Under the pieces are notes generated by a model. That model was given only the letters and a program-made list of their open reading frames with translations, was not told the DNA's origin and did not search any database. A DNA stretch of 64,000 nucleotides from Thermodesulfobacteriota bacterium (GTDB taxonomy: Bacteria; Desulfobacterota_D; UBA1144; Nemesobacterales; UBA2774). The position numbers and the translations under genes are program-made. Of this stretch, positions 1-11,830 are shown piece by piece (position 1 is the stretch's first letter; each line of letters begins with the position of its first letter). Location: positions 64,001 to 128,000 of the forward strand of contig OZ244197.1 of NCBI GenBank assembly GCA_965216785.1, given 5' to 3'.

Positions 1-7
1 GGGTGGA

Positions 8-511
8 ATGTCGCTTGTGACCGGAAACGAGCACGATGAGTTCGGCCTCGTATCAACAGACCCCGATAACCGTTTGCGTATGATGGATAAACGAATGAAT
101 AAGATGGAAGACGCCAAAAAAGACCTTCCCAAAGGAAGGCTTTACGGGGATCAGGAATCTAAAATCGGGTTTATAGGCATAGGAATGATGTACGGCGTCA
201 TTTTAGAAGCCATGGAGAGGCTCGAACAAGAAGGAATCCACACAAAATATTTACAGCCAAGAACAATATGGCCTATGCTGGATGAGACAATAGATTTTAT
301 AAACGACTGTGACCGCGTATATGTAATCGACTTAAACGCCGGGGCTCAGCTGGCGCGTCTATTTATGCACCAGGGAGCTGAGAAGAATAAGATAATAAGC
401 ATTACCAGATACGACGGGCTGCCTTACAGACCTGGTATACTGGTTAAACAGATACTTGAAGAAGAAGCTAAACTCTTAAACGGCCAAGGTAAGGAGGCAA
501 AGCTGTTATGA
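8..511 (+). CDS. korA: 2-oxoacid:ferredoxin oxidoreductase alpha subunit, C-terminal part (gene begins before the window)
   Basis: GNEHDEFG...R..MMDKR..K, YLQPRTIWP and DLNAGAQLA motifs of the OFOR alpha C-terminal domain; overlaps the beta subunit start (ATGA). Confidence 0.85.
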   Translation: MSLVTGNEHDEFGLVSTDPDNRLRMMDKRMNKMEDAKKDLPKGRLYGDQESKIGFIGIGMMYGVILEAMERLEQEGIHTKYLQPRTIWPMLDETIDFINDCDRVYVIDLNAGAQLARLFMHQGAEKNKIISITRYDGLPYRPGILVKQILEEEAKLLNGQGKEAKLL

Positions 512-1386
512 CCACAGAGCCCAAGACTAAAACCTTTACACCCGCAAGACCTATATGGTGCGCTGGATGCGGAGACTTCGCTGTACAGGGAGTGCTTGAG
601 AAATCACTCAAGAACATGGGTATACCGCCTCATAAATTTATGTTCCTGGCCGGTATAGGCTGTTCAGGCACTATCCAGAATAACGTTAAGTGCTACGGCT
701 ACCACGCGCTCCACGGAAGGGTATTGCCCGCTTCGATCGGAGCAAAGCTCGCAAACCCAGATTTAACCGTTGTTGCCGCGGGCGGGGACGGAGACGGATT
801 CGCGATAGGCGCAGGCCACCTGGTTCATACGTTTAAGAGTAACCCCAGCATTACATATATAGTGATGAATAACAGCAATTACGGCCTCACAAAGGGCCAG
901 GCTTCACCTACAAGCCCCACAGGGTACAGAGACAACCCGGAAACGGGACTGGACTCGATACTTCTGGGTCTAAGTTTTCCCTCAACGACATTTTTAGCGC
1001 GCGGTTTCAGCGGCAACGCCGCTCAGCTGGAGAGCCTTATGATGGCGGCGCTCGAGCACACGGAGGCGGGAAGAGGGTTTGCTTTCCTCGAAGTGCTCTC
1101 CCCATGCGTCACCTATTACGACACGCACAGGGAATGGCGCGCCAAGGTATATAACATAAACGAGGAAGAGGGATTTGACACTTCGGACAGGGCCAATGCT
1201 TTCAAGAGAGTTCTGGAGCTTAAAGAGGAAAAACGCATCCCTATAGGTCTTATTTACAAAGGCGAGAACACTTCGCTAGAGAAGCTTATAGTGAACGAAA
1301 ATGAAACCTACCCGGCTTTGCAGGAGATCGGCCACACGGATCATAGAGCCGAGTATGATAAGTTCATAAAGGCTTATCTGGGATAA
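508..1386 (+). CDS. korB: 2-oxoacid:ferredoxin oxidoreductase beta subunit (TPP-binding)
   Basis: WCAGCGD, GIGCS, HGRVLP, GGDGDG and NNSNYGLTKGQASPT motifs. Confidence 0.92.
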   Translation: MTTEPKTKTFTPARPIWCAGCGDFAVQGVLEKSLKNMGIPPHKFMFLAGIGCSGTIQNNVKCYGYHALHGRVLPASIGAKLANPDLTVVAAGGDGDGFAIGAGHLVHTFKSNPSITYIVMNNSNYGLTKGQASPTSPTGYRDNPETGLDSILLGLSFPSTTFLARGFSGNAAQLESLMMAALEHTEAGRGFAFLEVLSPCVTYYDTHREWRAKVYNINEEEGFDTSDRANAFKRVLELKEEKRIPIGLIYKGENTSLEKLIVNENETYPALQEIGHTDHRAEYDKFIKAYLG

Positions 1387-1705
1387 CTAATCGGCTACAC
1401 TGCCCTTTATTCAATTTTTAGGAAATCCCAGGGTGTTTTTGTACCTAATTCACTCTTTTCCTAGACAAAATCCTAGTTGAATCTATAATGTCTAGTACCG
1501 TATCGGAAATGTGTATTTCAGCGTGAAATCCATAACGTTCGATTCGTCCAAAGATTTTGTTATTACAATAGGAAATATGGGGATTTTACGGGCCGTTTGA
1601 GATTGCGGGTCATATATTCTTATGCTAAAATTATAAGCGAAAATTGATGGATAAATATATCTCTCCCCAAAAAGCAACTCATAGTAATTCAACAGGATTA
1701 AAAAT

Positions 1706-4519
1706 ATGAATATTACCGATATGTTTCACGGACCTAACTCGGGCTATATACTCGAGCTTTACGACCGTTATCTGGAAGACCCAAGCTCCGTAGACTCGGA
1801 AACAAGAGCGATTTTCGATAACTGGAAGCCCGAATCCGAAGACGGAGCGCACGTAGAAGCCCGTCCGCAGGACATGGAGAAAATTGTGGGCGCGGCTAAC
1901 CTTGCCCTGGCAATCAGGGCATTTGGTCATCTGGACGCTAAAATCAATCCTCTGGGAATCAAATGCTCAGGAGACCCCTCGCTTGACCCCGCGACACACA
2001 AAATAACGGAAGAGGACCTTTTTCAGCTGCCTTCAAGCCTGATCGGAGGCCCGATAGCAGAAACCACGACCAACGCTGCGGAGGCGATAGATAAGCTCCG
2101 CTCTGTATACTCGTCATCAGTGGGCTATGACTATTACCACCTGCACTCTATTGAAGAAAGAAGGTGGTTAAGACATGCGGCGGAATCTGGGACATTCAGA
2201 CCCCCTAATGATCCTATTAATGAGAAGAGACTCCTCGAGAGCCTTACTCAGACAGAGGTACTTGAGAGGTTCCTTCATAGAATATTCCCCGGAAAATTCC
2301 GTTTTTCCATAGAAGGCGTGGACACTCTGATCCCTATGTTTAACGAGATCGTGGGTCTGGCCGCAGAGTCTGACATCTATCATATTCTTATAGGGATGGC
2401 TCACCGCGGACGCCTGAACGTCATGCACCACGTCATGAACAAACCCTACAAGGGGACACTGATTAAGTTCAAAGACCCTGTGCTTCAGAGAGACTTCAGG
2501 GACTATATGGGCTGGACAGGTGACGTAAAGTACCACGAAGGAGCGAGGCACGCTATTAAAAAAGGCAGGCCGATCGACATGGAAATCACGCTTGCCCCGA
2601 ACCCCAGCCATCTTGAGTCGGTAAACCCGGTAGTAGAAGGTATGACGCGCGCGGCGGGAACGAAAGCGGATAGGCCCGGGGCGCCTGAGTTTGACCGCAC
2701 TGTCTCGATGCCAATAATCGTTCACGGCGACGCTGCGTTCCCGGGGCAGGGAATAGTGTCGGAGACACTTAATCTGTCTCGTCTTCCGGGATACAGCACT
2801 GGCGGGACAATACATATAATTACCAATAATCAGCTCGGTTATACCACACTGCCAAGGGACAGCAGAAGCACTCTTTACGCAAGCGATCTGGCAAAGGGGT
2901 TTGAGATACCGATAGTGCACGTAAACGCGGATGACCCTGAGGCATGCATCGAATCCTCGAGGCTCGCCTTCGCGTATGTAGAGGAATTTCACAAAGACTT
3001 TCTGATTGATCTGGTCGGCTACAGGCGGCACGGCCACAACGAGGCCGATGAGCCAGCTTTCACACAGCCAAAATTATACGAGATTGTAGATAAGCATCCT
3101 ACGGTTAGAGAGATCTGGTCAAACACCCTAATTGAAAGGGGCATTATAGATAGTGAAGAATCTGAAGAAATATTAAACAAATACAATGAGCAGATGCATA
3201 AAGACTTTGAATCGCTCGCGCCTGAAGACATACCAGAGGAGTCTCAGTCTGAGAGGCCGCCTGCGGGCGCGGCACAAAAGGTGAAGACATCTGTATCGGC
3301 AGGGGCGCTCAGGGAACTGAACCAATCGCTGCTTAAAGTACCGCCGGATTTTAAAATAAACCCCAAATTAAAGCGCGCAAGAGAACGCTGGGCGAATGCA
3401 CTCGAAGGCACAGATAGCAAGACAGTGGATTGGGCGATGGCAGAGCAGCTCGCGTTTGCCTCTATACTGGCTGACGGCACTCCGATACGGCTGACGGGGC
3501 AGGATTGCGAGCGCGGCACATTCAGTCACCGCCACGCTGTGCTTCATGACTTTATGAGCGGAGAGTCTTATAACCCTCTCCAAAATATCCCTCAGGCGAA
3601 AGCGGCTTTTGAAATCTACAACAGCCCGCTCACAGAGAACGCGTGCATCGGCTTTGAGTACGGCTACAACATACATAAGCCCGAATCACTCGTAATCTGG
3701 GAAGCTCAGTACGGTGATTTTATAAACGGCGCGCAGACTATCCTTGACGAATACCTGGTATCGGCAAGAGCCAAATGGGGCCAGACGCCTTCTCTTGTAC
3801 TACTTTTACCGCACGCATACGAGGGACAGGGCCCTGATCACTCATCAGGCAGAATGGGTAGGTTCTTAGATTCGGCTGCTGAAATAAATATGCGCGTTGC
3901 CAACTGCACGACTTCGGCTCAATACTTTCATTTACTTAGACGTCAGGCCGGAGTGCTGGATATAGACCCGCTTCCGCTGATTATTCTGACTCCCAAGAGC
4001 CTGCTTAGAAACTCATTAATATTCTCATCCTTGAAAGAGCTGACGCAAGGAACTTGGCAGCCGGTTATCGATGACGATATGGATGATAAACAGGCTAAAA
4101 AGGCCAAGCGTCTGATACTGTGTAGCGGAAAGGTATACTGGGACCTGGTATCGAGTGAATACTATGAGAAAAACAAGGGGGATATCGCGATTACCAGGGT
4201 GGAGCAACTCTATCCCATACCGACGGTCATGATTCGTAAGGTGTTTAGCAGATATCATAATCTTAAAGAAGTCGTATGGCTTCAGGAAGAGCCTGAAACG
4301 ATGGGGGCCTGGATGTTTATGTTCCCGTTCTTCAGAAAACTGATCGACGGCAGGTTTCCGCTGCACTACATGGGCAGGAAGCGTAACTCGAGCCCCGCTG
4401 AAGGGTCGCTGTCGATGCACAGAGTAAATCAGCAGGCTCTGGTCCAGCAAGCATTCATGCTGGACAAAGAACTGCCCAATCTGGATGAACTTGGTATTAC
4501 GTGGGTAAAAAATGTATAA
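1706..4519 (+). CDS. sucA: 2-oxoglutarate dehydrogenase E1
   Basis: [39 protein letters not shown] and EGQGPDHSS motifs. Confidence 0.97.
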   Translation: MNITDMFHGPNSGYILELYDRYLEDPSSVDSETRAIFDNWKPESEDGAHVEARPQDMEKIVGAANLALAIRAFGHLDAKINPLGIKCSGDPSLDPATHKITEEDLFQLPSSLIGGPIAETTTNAAEAIDKLRSVYSSSVGYDYYHLHSIEERRWLRHAAESGTFRPPNDPINEKRLLESLTQTEVLERFLHRIFPGKFRFSIEGVDTLIPMFNEIVGLAAESDIYHILIGMAHRGRLNVMHHVMNKPYKGTLIKFKDPVLQRDFRDYMGWTGDVKYHEGARHAIKKGRPIDMEITLAPNPSHLESVNPVVEGMTRAAGTKADRPGAPEFDRTVSMPIIVHGDAAFPGQGIVSETLNLSRLPGYSTGGTIHIITNNQLGYTTLPRDSRSTLYASDLAKGFEIPIVHVNADDPEACIESSRLAFAYVEEFHKDFLIDLVGYRRHGHNEADEPAFTQPKLYEIVDKHPTVREIWSNTLIERGIIDSEESEEILNKYNEQMHKDFESLAPEDIPEESQSERPPAGAAQKVKTSVSAGALRELNQSLLKVPPDFKINPKLKRARERWANALEGTDSKTVDWAMAEQLAFASILADGTPIRLTGQDCERGTFSHRHAVLHDFMSGESYNPLQNIPQAKAAFEIYNSPLTENACIGFEYGYNIHKPESLVIWEAQYGDFINGAQTILDEYLVSARAKWGQTPSLVLLLPHAYEGQGPDHSSGRMGRFLDSAAEINMRVANCTTSAQYFHLLRRQAGVLDIDPLPLIILTPKSLLRNSLIFSSLKELTQGTWQPVIDDDMDDKQAKKAKRLILCSGKVYWDLVSSEYYEKNKGDIAITRVEQLYPIPTVMIRKVFSRYHNLKEVVWLQEEPETMGAWMFMFPFFRKLIDGRFPLHYMGRKRNSSPAEGSLSMHRVNQQALVQQAFMLDKELPNLDELGITWVKNV

Positions 4520-4536
4520 ATTATCGGAGAGAAAAC

Positions 4537-5805
4537 ATGTCGATTGATATTAAAGTTCCTGAGCTTGGAGAATCCGTAGTCGAGGCGACCGTAATCAGAT
4601 GGTTCAAGTCCGTAGGAGACCCCGTTAAAATAGGTGAGGCTCTCGTCGAGCTTGAAACCGAGAAGGCCAATTTTGAGGTTGCCGCTGAGAGACAGGGAGT
4701 ACTGACTGATATTGTTAAAGGGGATGATGAGGACGTTGAGGTCGGAGACGTAATCGGGGTGATGGAGGAAGGCGCCGCAGCACAAAGCGGTGCGGAAGCA
4801 AAGGCAGAAGCTCATGAAGCCGAGGAAGTTAAAATTGAGGTGAATGAGGAAATAGAAGAAGTTACCGAAAGCGAGAAAGTGACGCCGGTTGCAAGACGTA
4901 TAGCGGAAGAGCACGGAATCGATATAAACCTGGTAGCCGGAACCGGGCATGGAAACCGCGTGACTAAGGAAGATGTTGAAAACTTTATCGCAAATCAAGG
5001 GAAAGGGGAACCTCGGGCAGAGGAAGTGTCAAACGCCGAGCCGATACGTAAAGATGTAGCACCGATTCCGGCAGAGCAGGCCCCGCAGATCACATTAGGA
5101 AGAGACGTAAGGGAAGAGCGCATCAAGATGTCCCGCAGGCGCAGAACCATTGCGCGCCGCATGCTAGAGGCCAAGCAGACGACAGCCATGCTTACGACGT
5201 TTAACGAGATAGACATGGGCGCTGTGATGGAGCTGAGGAAGCGAAGAAAAGAAATATTTAAGGAAAAATACGGTGTTGGCCTCGGGCTTAATTCGTTTTT
5301 TGTTAAAGCCGCCATCGGAGCGCTGAAAGAGTTCCCTCAGATAAACGCAGAGATCGACGGCGACGACATGATTATTAAGCATTATTATGACATCGGGATA
5401 GCGATCGGAGCCTCTGAAGGGCTTGTCGTACCTGTGCTCAGAAACGCTGACAGTATGACGTTTGCCGCAATAGAAAAAGCTATTAAAGAGTTCGCTCAAA
5501 AATCTGAAGACAACACGCTGTCGCTGGAGGACATAATGGGCGGCACGTTTACCATCACTAACGGAGGCGTATTCGGCTCAATGATGAGCACGCCCATATT
5601 AAACCCTCCGCAGGTCGGGATATTGGGGCTCCATAAGATAGAGCCAAGACCGGTTGTAATTAACGGACAAATTGAAATTAGATCGATGATGTACGTTGCC
5701 CTCAGCTATGACCACAGGATAGTGGACGGACGAGAGGCGGTGCAGTTCCTGGTGAGGTTAAAGGAGCTTATCGAGGATCCGGAGTCGCTGCTTCTAGAAG
5801 GGTAA
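4537..5805 (+). CDS. sucB: Dihydrolipoyllysine succinyltransferase E2
   Basis: Lipoyl domain (ETEKA), E3-binding domain ([13 protein letters not shown]), catalytic [10 protein letters not shown]; ATG 4537 follows a GGAGAG RBS. Confidence 0.96.
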   Translation: MSIDIKVPELGESVVEATVIRWFKSVGDPVKIGEALVELETEKANFEVAAERQGVLTDIVKGDDEDVEVGDVIGVMEEGAAAQSGAEAKAEAHEAEEVKIEVNEEIEEVTESEKVTPVARRIAEEHGIDINLVAGTGHGNRVTKEDVENFIANQGKGEPRAEEVSNAEPIRKDVAPIPAEQAPQITLGRDVREERIKMSRRRRTIARRMLEAKQTTAMLTTFNEIDMGAVMELRKRRKEIFKEKYGVGLGLNSFFVKAAIGALKEFPQINAEIDGDDMIIKHYYDIGIAIGASEGLVVPVLRNADSMTFAAIEKAIKEFAQKSEDNTLSLEDIMGGTFTITNGGVFGSMMSTPILNPPQVGILGLHKIEPRPVVINGQIEIRSMMYVALSYDHRIVDGREAVQFLVRLKELIEDPESLLLEG

Positions 5806-5824
5806 AACACTCTCGGACGCGGCT

Positions 5825-6541
5825 CTAGTTTTTAAAACCTACTTTGTTTTCTTCCCAATAGGGATCCGCGTACTTTTGAACCCCTAAACCAAGTAGATCG
5901 AGGAACCATATCTTAATATCGCTTGCTAGAACCCGGTAGATGCCGCCTTTGTTAAAACGTCTTGGCGAGGTTTTTACGGCTCTGCTCAAAAGCTCTAACT
6001 TCCCTTTATTCCTTAATATTCTGCAGAAGTGGGCTGACTCTAAAAGAGGTATACCGGGGTAACCCCCTACCCTGTTAAATACCTCAGCGCGTACGAATAT
6101 ACCCTGGTCTCCGTAGTAGCGCTGCCTGACTCTGTAGCGCACGCGGTTTACAAGTTCGACCACGCGGAGTCCGAATTCAGAGCCGCTCAAAGAGAATTCA
6201 AACGCTCCGCCTATGGTAGCCGCATCGCTAAGAGATTTCTCGATCAGGAGATCATACGCGGGAGGAAGGATGGTGTCGGCGTCCAGAAACAAATACACAT
6301 CTCCGCTAGCAATGGAAGCGCCTTTATTCAGTACATGTGACTTTCCCGAGTTATTATCATCACATTTGACGAGCTTTGCTCCTAAACTCTTTGCAATCTC
6401 GGGCGTCCCGTCCCAAGAACCTGAGTCCACGACTATGAGCTCATAAATATTTTTTGAGTATGCGTTTTCTTTTGCCTTGAGAATGGTGTCGGGTAGGTAA
6501 TCGGCTTCATTAAGAGTTGGGATTATTATGCTCAGCTTCAT
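5825..6541 (-). CDS. GT2 glycosyltransferase (TIGR04283-like)
   Basis: LSIIIPTLNEA, VVDSGSWDGT, FLDADT, YGDQG and TSPRRF motifs. Confidence 0.85.
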   Translation of the reverse strand: MKLSIIIPTLNEADYLPDTILKAKENAYSKNIYELIVVDSGSWDGTPEIAKSLGAKLVKCDDNNSGKSHVLNKGASIASGDVYLFLDADTILPPAYDLLIEKSLSDAATIGGAFEFSLSGSEFGLRVVELVNRVRYRVRQRYYGDQGIFVRAEVFNRVGGYPGIPLLESAHFCRILRNKGKLELLSRAVKTSPRRFNKGGIYRVLASDIKIWFLDLLGLGVQKYADPYWEENKVGFKN

Positions 6542-6656
6542 GGTCGTATCTGGAATCAATTGGGTTATCTAAAGTATAGATAAGTATTAGATGAGAAAGT
6601 AGGGATTTGTATTCAAAAAGCAAGAATTTCTCAGATACTAGCTAACAATTTGATAG

Positions 6657-9185
6657 TCATGAAATGGCCGGAAGATCGGCTACAGAACTGAATTTTCTGA
6701 GAACCTCTTCTAATAGGCCCGGGTATTCAGAGAGCTCGGGGTCGGCCCTGACAAGATCGAACGCTTCTTCTCTGGCCTCGCTTAAGATCCTAACATCTCT
6801 CAAGAGATTCGCGAACATGAACTGAGGTAGACCGGACTGCTTTGTGCCGAGGAAATCACCAGGGCCGCGTATTTGTAAATCGGCCTCAGCTATCTTAAAC
6901 CCGTCTGAGGTCTGCTCCATAATTGTAAGCCTCTTGTCGGCGTCCTCTGAGCGCTTGAAACCTGAAAGCAGAATACATATAGAATCGTGCTCTCCCCTTC
7001 CGATCCTGCCCCTTAGCTGATGGAGCTGGGTGAGACCGAAGCGCTCTGCGTTTTCTATAACCATTACGGCGGCGTTCGGAACATCGACCCCTACCTCAAT
7101 GACCGTTGTCGAGACAAGAATCTGTAAGTGGTTTGAGATGAATCTCTTCATTACGGCTTCTTTTTCCTCGGTCTTCATCCTGCCGTGGAGGAGCCCTACT
7201 TTGTACTCGGGGAAGACGTCATTACTTAACTCCTCCGCCATTTGAGTTGCGTATTTCAAATCTTTGAAATCAGGATTCTCGGACTCTTCAATCATTGGAT
7301 ACACAACGTAGGCCTGTCTTCCTTTCTGAATCTCCTTCCTTACGGTTTCATATGCTTTTTCACGCGAGCCTTTGTGATCATAGTAGAGTTTTGTTTTAAT
7401 TTTCTTTCGTCCCGGTGGGAGCTCGTCCAGGACCGAGACGTCGAGGTCGCCGTAAACCGTAAGGGCAAGTGTGCGCGGTATGGGTGTTGCCGTCATGACC
7501 AGCACATCGGGGTTTGTGCCCTTACTCATAAGCTCGGCCCTTTGCATTACACCAAAACGGTGCTGCTCGTCTATGACAACGAGCCCGAGGTTCTTGAAGT
7601 CCACTTTTTCCTGAAGGAGCGCGTGAGTGCCGACTGCTATCTGCGCTTCGCCCGACTGAAGAGCTTTGTAGTAGGTATTTTTCTCGCTCTTTCCGAGGCC
7701 GCTTTTGAGAAATACGACGCGCATACCCATAGCTTTTACATAGCTCAACACTGAGGCTAGATGCTGCTCCGCCAGGATTTCCGTCGGGGCCATGAACACT
7801 GCCTGGTAGCCGCACTCTACTGCCTTTAGTATAGATAGCACGGCAACTATTGTTTTACCGCTGCCGACATCGCCCTGAAGGAGCCTGTTCATTGGTGTCT
7901 CAGAGCGCATGTCGTTTTCTATCTCGGAAACTGCTCTTTTCTGAGCCTCCGTGAGATCGAATGTGAGGCGGGTGAGGAGTTTTGATGTAAGCTTTCCCGT
8001 GGGTGAAAAGGTTATCCCGGGAAGCCTTGCGACGTCACGTTTCTTGAGCGCAAGGCCAAGCTCCGTTAAAAAGAACTCGGAGTAGGCAAGCGTCTTATGC
8101 GGCTGCGAAAGATAAACGGAGTCCGCATCTGCTAGGTCCACTACACGATCGCCCCGGGCCGGGAAATGGACCCTTTCAAGCGCGTTATCAAAAGGGAGAA
8201 GCGCTCTATTTTTGTTAACGTATTCGGGGAGACTGGATTTTAGCGCCGGGCTGTACGTGTCGACGACAAACTTCATGATACTTCTCATCCGTCTCTGCCC
8301 TATACCTTCGGTTAAAGGATATATGGGAACAATGCGGTTAAAATGGACGTTGTCGTGGTCTATATCCTCCCCTTTATCAATTACCTCTATATCCTCAGGT
8401 CTCGGGTGAACCACCTGAAGCGCGTCCCTGTATCCGAACGAGACCTCGCCGGTGAGTATTACGGAAGCCTCTTTCTTGTAGGCCGCCCTTAGATATTTCT
8501 CACTGAATTTAAACCATACGAGGGTAACCATCCCCGTACCGTCAGATACGACGACCTGATACATGGAGCCTCTTCTGGTGCGCACCCTGCCGGAGAGCAT
8601 TATCTCACCCATAAAAGTCTCACGCTCTCCGGCTACTAGCTTTGAGATGCTCTTTACAGTAGTTCTGTCCTCGTACTTTCTGGGGAAATAGTAGAGCGCG
8701 TTTTCGATATTCTCTATACCCTTTTTCTTTAGAAGCGATGCTATTCTGGGCCCTACCCCCTTTACGTACTGTATGGAGATTTCAGACAAATCATCACCCT
8801 TTGACACAGTTTCATTGCTAATACGCTCTGGGGTTTTAGAATTACGAGAAGGTTCTTTTTTCTCCGTGGGTTTTGGCGTTCCTGCCTCTTTGGCCACATC
8901 TTGCGCCGCCTCGCGCATCATTGCCCGCACATCGTGAAGAGCTCTTTTAATTAGCTCTTTTTTATCAGGCTCTGAAAGCCCGTCATAACCTGAAAATGAA
9001 TCTTTAAGGGACTGGAGGACTGATATGGTCTTTTGGGATAACGGAAGTGAGAGCGCTTTTAGTGTGAGATCGTCTACGAGCCCCGACAGCGACTTTACTT
9101 TATCTATATTTGAATAATTGTTCTTTGAGATAAATGTAAGCGGTTTCTCTAGCGTAGTTAATATTGCTCTTAGCTCATCTGACAT
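6657..9185 (-). CDS. recG: ATP-dependent DNA helicase RecG with N-terminal extension
   Basis: QGDVGSGKT, DEQHRFG, MTATPIPRT and QLRGRIGRG motifs. Confidence 0.97.
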   Translation of the reverse strand: MSDELRAILTTLEKPLTFISKNNYSNIDKVKSLSGLVDDLTLKALSLPLSQKTISVLQSLKDSFSGYDGLSEPDKKELIKRALHDVRAMMREAAQDVAKEAGTPKPTEKKEPSRNSKTPERISNETVSKGDDLSEISIQYVKGVGPRIASLLKKKGIENIENALYYFPRKYEDRTTVKSISKLVAGERETFMGEIMLSGRVRTRRGSMYQVVVSDGTGMVTLVWFKFSEKYLRAAYKKEASVILTGEVSFGYRDALQVVHPRPEDIEVIDKGEDIDHDNVHFNRIVPIYPLTEGIGQRRMRSIMKFVVDTYSPALKSSLPEYVNKNRALLPFDNALERVHFPARGDRVVDLADADSVYLSQPHKTLAYSEFFLTELGLALKKRDVARLPGITFSPTGKLTSKLLTRLTFDLTEAQKRAVSEIENDMRSETPMNRLLQGDVGSGKTIVAVLSILKAVECGYQAVFMAPTEILAEQHLASVLSYVKAMGMRVVFLKSGLGKSEKNTYYKALQSGEAQIAVGTHALLQEKVDFKNLGLVVIDEQHRFGVMQRAELMSKGTNPDVLVMTATPIPRTLALTVYGDLDVSVLDELPPGRKKIKTKLYYDHKGSREKAYETVRKEIQKGRQAYVVYPMIEESENPDFKDLKYATQMAEELSNDVFPEYKVGLLHGRMKTEEKEAVMKRFISNHLQILVSTTVIEVGVDVPNAAVMVIENAERFGLTQLHQLRGRIGRGEHDSICILLSGFKRSEDADKRLTIMEQTSDGFKIAEADLQIRGPGDFLGTKQSGLPQFMFANLLRDVRILSEAREEAFDLVRADPELSEYPGLLEEVLRKFSSVADLPAIS

Positions 9186-9275
9186 TGATAAGATTTTACA
9201 GTGACTTATGAATCTATTTCAAGTTTTGGAGCAGGGAAGTCTTAATCTATTGCTATGAAAAGATACACGAGTAGC

Positions 9276-9392
9276 TGTGTAATATTGCACAACTCTTGAG
9301 CTTTGGAGTCTCCTTTGTGCAAACACTGATTATCTAAGCTGCTGTGATTACAACAAATATTGAAATTTCATATAAGTGGCATATATATTGCA
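9276..9392 (+). promoter_or_regulatory. sigma54 promoter with TGT-N10-ACA upstream activator site
   Basis: TGGCATATATATTGCA (9377-9392; GG-N10-GC) and palindrome TGTGTAATATTGCACA (9276-9291). Confidence 0.7.
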
Positions 9393-9500
9393 AATTTTAA
9401 GATAAAAACCGGATTAGGTAGGATGGCGGAGGATATTTACAGACTTAATAATTGTCCGCTCGGGGTTTATTCACACCAATTTATATCTAAATAAAGGAGA

Positions 9501-10649
9501 GTGACAATGAAATATCAAGAAGCTCAGACAGCTCAGAACGAAAGCCCTTCCTTTAGTGATACATATGATAAATCCGCGGACAGTGTGGGCAATGAGAGGG
9601 AGCAGTTCTTCAATGTCCAAAATAGCGAAAGCGATTCGATAAAAGAAAACCACTCTGTACTGCGCCCACAGGAAAATAGAGCCCATACGGACGACCAATT
9701 CAGAATAATGAACGATTACTTTAGTGATATAGCCAATGAACCCTTACTTACCCTGAGAGAAGAAATAGAGCTTCCGACAAAGATTAAAAAATGCGAATCT
9801 AAAGCAAAACAGATAGAGTCGTGGCTCGAATCAGAGGAGCAAAGCAAACAAAATGAGAGGGGCTGTCAATGCTTAATAAAAAACACTCAGAGATTACAAG
9901 CCTCACATAGAGCGTACACAGAAAGATCCAAACAGCTTAAGAAGAGATTTGCTAACGCTAACCTGAGGCTGGTCATAAGTATAGCGAAGCGATACGTGAA
10001 TCATGGCCTTCCTTTTCTAGACCTCATACAGGAAGGAAATATAGGGCTTATGAGGGCTATAGACCGATTTGATCATACAAAGGGATACAGATTCTCGACC
10101 TATGCTTCCTGGTGGATATACCAGTCTATTACAAGGGCGATATTGGTGCATAGAGGAGCAGTTAGGGTCCCCGTATACCTGCTTGAGGTAACGAACAGAG
10201 TCTACAGAACGAGATCAATCCTACTTAAAGAAACCGGAAAGAACCCCACTTCTGAAGAGATAGCGGAGCAGTCCGGTGTGCCGATTAAGTATGTTAAGCG
10301 AATACTTAAAATTACAAATGAATCAGTTAGCCTGGACTCGCCTATTGACGGTGAAAAGAGAACGCTCTACGATTTCATAGAGAACAGCGATTCGATTTCC
10401 CCTGACTATATTATCGTTGAGGATGAGCTCAAAAAAAGCATACGTCATTCCCTGTCGCTACTGAGCCCTAAAGAAGAAGAGGTACTTAGAATGCGGTTCG
10501 GAATAGACAGGAAAGATACCGTGACACTGGATGACATAGGCAAAAAATTTCAACTTACGCGAGAACGAATCAGGCAGATTGAGAAAAAGGCTCTAAGGAA
10601 ACTATCTGTTTGCAAGATGAGGGAAGCTCTTAAAAACTTCCGCACATAG
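9501..10649 (+). CDS. RpoD/RpoS-family sigma70 factor lacking region 1.1
   Basis: [33 protein letters not shown] and TRERIRQIE motifs. Confidence 0.93.
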   Translation: MTMKYQEAQTAQNESPSFSDTYDKSADSVGNEREQFFNVQNSESDSIKENHSVLRPQENRAHTDDQFRIMNDYFSDIANEPLLTLREEIELPTKIKKCESKAKQIESWLESEEQSKQNERGCQCLIKNTQRLQASHRAYTERSKQLKKRFANANLRLVISIAKRYVNHGLPFLDLIQEGNIGLMRAIDRFDHTKGYRFSTYASWWIYQSITRAILVHRGAVRVPVYLLEVTNRVYRTRSILLKETGKNPTSEEIAEQSGVPIKYVKRILKITNESVSLDSPIDGEKRTLYDFIENSDSISPDYIIVEDELKKSIRHSLSLLSPKEEEVLRMRFGIDRKDTVTLDDIGKKFQLTRERIRQIEKKALRKLSVCKMREALKNFRT

Positions 10650-10725
10650 AGCTATTTGATAAGAAATCTGGAAATAATAGCAACTTTGTTTAATTTGCTA
10701 CTGCTTTAAATAACACTACTTCACT

Positions 10726-10841
10726 TGTGTGATTTGACACATTTGAGTGAATCTTATATAATGTTTTTTCACAATACCTGCACTAAGCAATTGATATTAT
10801 TATATATTGCAAAATAACAGTGTCTTGGTACGGAAATTGCT
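10726..10841 (+). promoter_or_regulatory. sigma54 promoter with TGT-N10-ACA site and IHF-like site
   Basis: TGGTACGGAAATTGCT (10826-10841); TGTGTGATTTGACACA (10726-10741); TATCAATTGCTTA on the minus strand at ~10783-10795 matches WATCAA-N4-TTR. Confidence 0.7.
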
Positions 10842-10897
10842 CTAATCAATAATGCCGGCCATAGGTGGCAGGCAAATCAATCCAGGAGGGTTACATT

Positions 10898-11125
10898 ATG
10901 AGATTACTCACCTATTTGTTCGCGCTCATGCTGGTAATGGGCGTTTCATTCGGCGGGGCTTCAATTATCACGAGCCAGCCAGTTATGGCAGAAGAAGGCG
11001 AAACTGCAGGCGGCGAAATGACAGATGAGGCCGCAGGCGATGACGAAGGCGCGGAAGCAGCTACAGATGAAACCGCTGAAGGCGAAATAGAAGGCGGCGA
11101 AATGGCTGATGATGCCGAGAAATAA
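10898..11125 (+). CDS. Small secreted acidic low-complexity protein
   Basis: AGGAGG RBS, signal peptide, E/D/G/A-rich mature region. Confidence 0.7.
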   Translation: MRLLTYLFALMLVMGVSFGGASIITSQPVMAEEGETAGGEMTDEAAGDDEGAEAATDETAEGEIEGGEMADDAEK

Positions 11126-11145
11126 GATTTTGAGTTTTTGACTAT

Positions 11146-11177
11146 AATCGGGGGGAGTACCATGCTCCCCCTTGATT
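11146..11177 (+). terminator. Hairpin, probable intrinsic terminator
   Basis: AATCGGGGGGAGT-ACCAT-GCTCCCCCTTGATT inverted repeat after the stop codon. Confidence 0.55.
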
Positions 11178-11226
11178 GCCTCCAACCTATCTATAAAGTA
11201 ATAAAATCCTATGATATCTTTTAGGT

Positions 11227-11439
11227 ATGTCTTTTCTTACGGCGGTATTGGTTGTATCGAATTTTTATCTGGCGCAAATGGGATCTGAATCTATCCAGAT
11301 ACAAAACCATCCGAAACTATATTGCGACAGGGCGTATGAGATATGCCTGACAAAGATATGCATGAGCCAGGACCCGGTGGAGAAACAAAAATGCATGGAC
11401 CGCTGTTACCAAGATTTACTGGAATGTGAGAAGAGGTAG
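11227..11439 (+). CDS. Small 6-Cys protein
   Basis: Hydrophobic N-terminus; C-x6-C-x4-C...C-x3-C-x6-C pattern. Confidence 0.5.
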   Translation: MSFLTAVLVVSNFYLAQMGSESIQIQNHPKLYCDRAYEICLTKICMSQDPVEKQKCMDRCYQDLLECEKR

Positions 11440-11518
11440 TTGAAGGGACTCGGTATTCACCTTACGATTGTAAATTCTAATAGTTTTAGCCCTCCGGATA
11501 TTTAATCGAAGATCAGCA

Positions 11519-11830
11519 CTATGTATTATCAGTATCGTTAGAATTATTGGTATCGTCGTCAGCCCGTCTGGAAAAAAGCCCTTTTATCTCTTTTCCGAGA
11601 ATAGACCAGAAATCTTTAAGATTGGTATATTTATGGTCGATTTCTTCCAAATAATCGTCTAGATTGTCGATGGCTTCGTGCTGCTCCTCTTCCTTCTCTT
11701 TATTTAACTGCTGCTTTAGATTTGTCAGAGAGTCTTCAAGATCGGTTATTTTACTCTCAAGCTCTTTTTTGCGGTCATTTGTCAATTTCATATTCATCAC
11801 CTTACGCTCTCCTGGCTTCAATCTACTCAC
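11519..11830 (-). CDS. Hypothetical coiled-coil protein
   Basis: Charged heptad-like sequence; overlaps the stop of the Na/Pi symporter. Confidence 0.6.
   Translation of the reverse strand: MSRLKPGERKVMNMKLTNDRKKELESKITDLEDSLTNLKQQLNKEKEEEQHEAIDNLDDYLEEIDHKYTNLKDFWSILGKEIKGLFSRRADDDTNNSNDTDNT

Noticed and set aside
2168-3037. Long antisense ORFs (also 4429-4998, 12173-12769, 48878-49609, 61801-62277)
   Set aside because: Shadow frames of well-supported genes, with no recognisable motifs.
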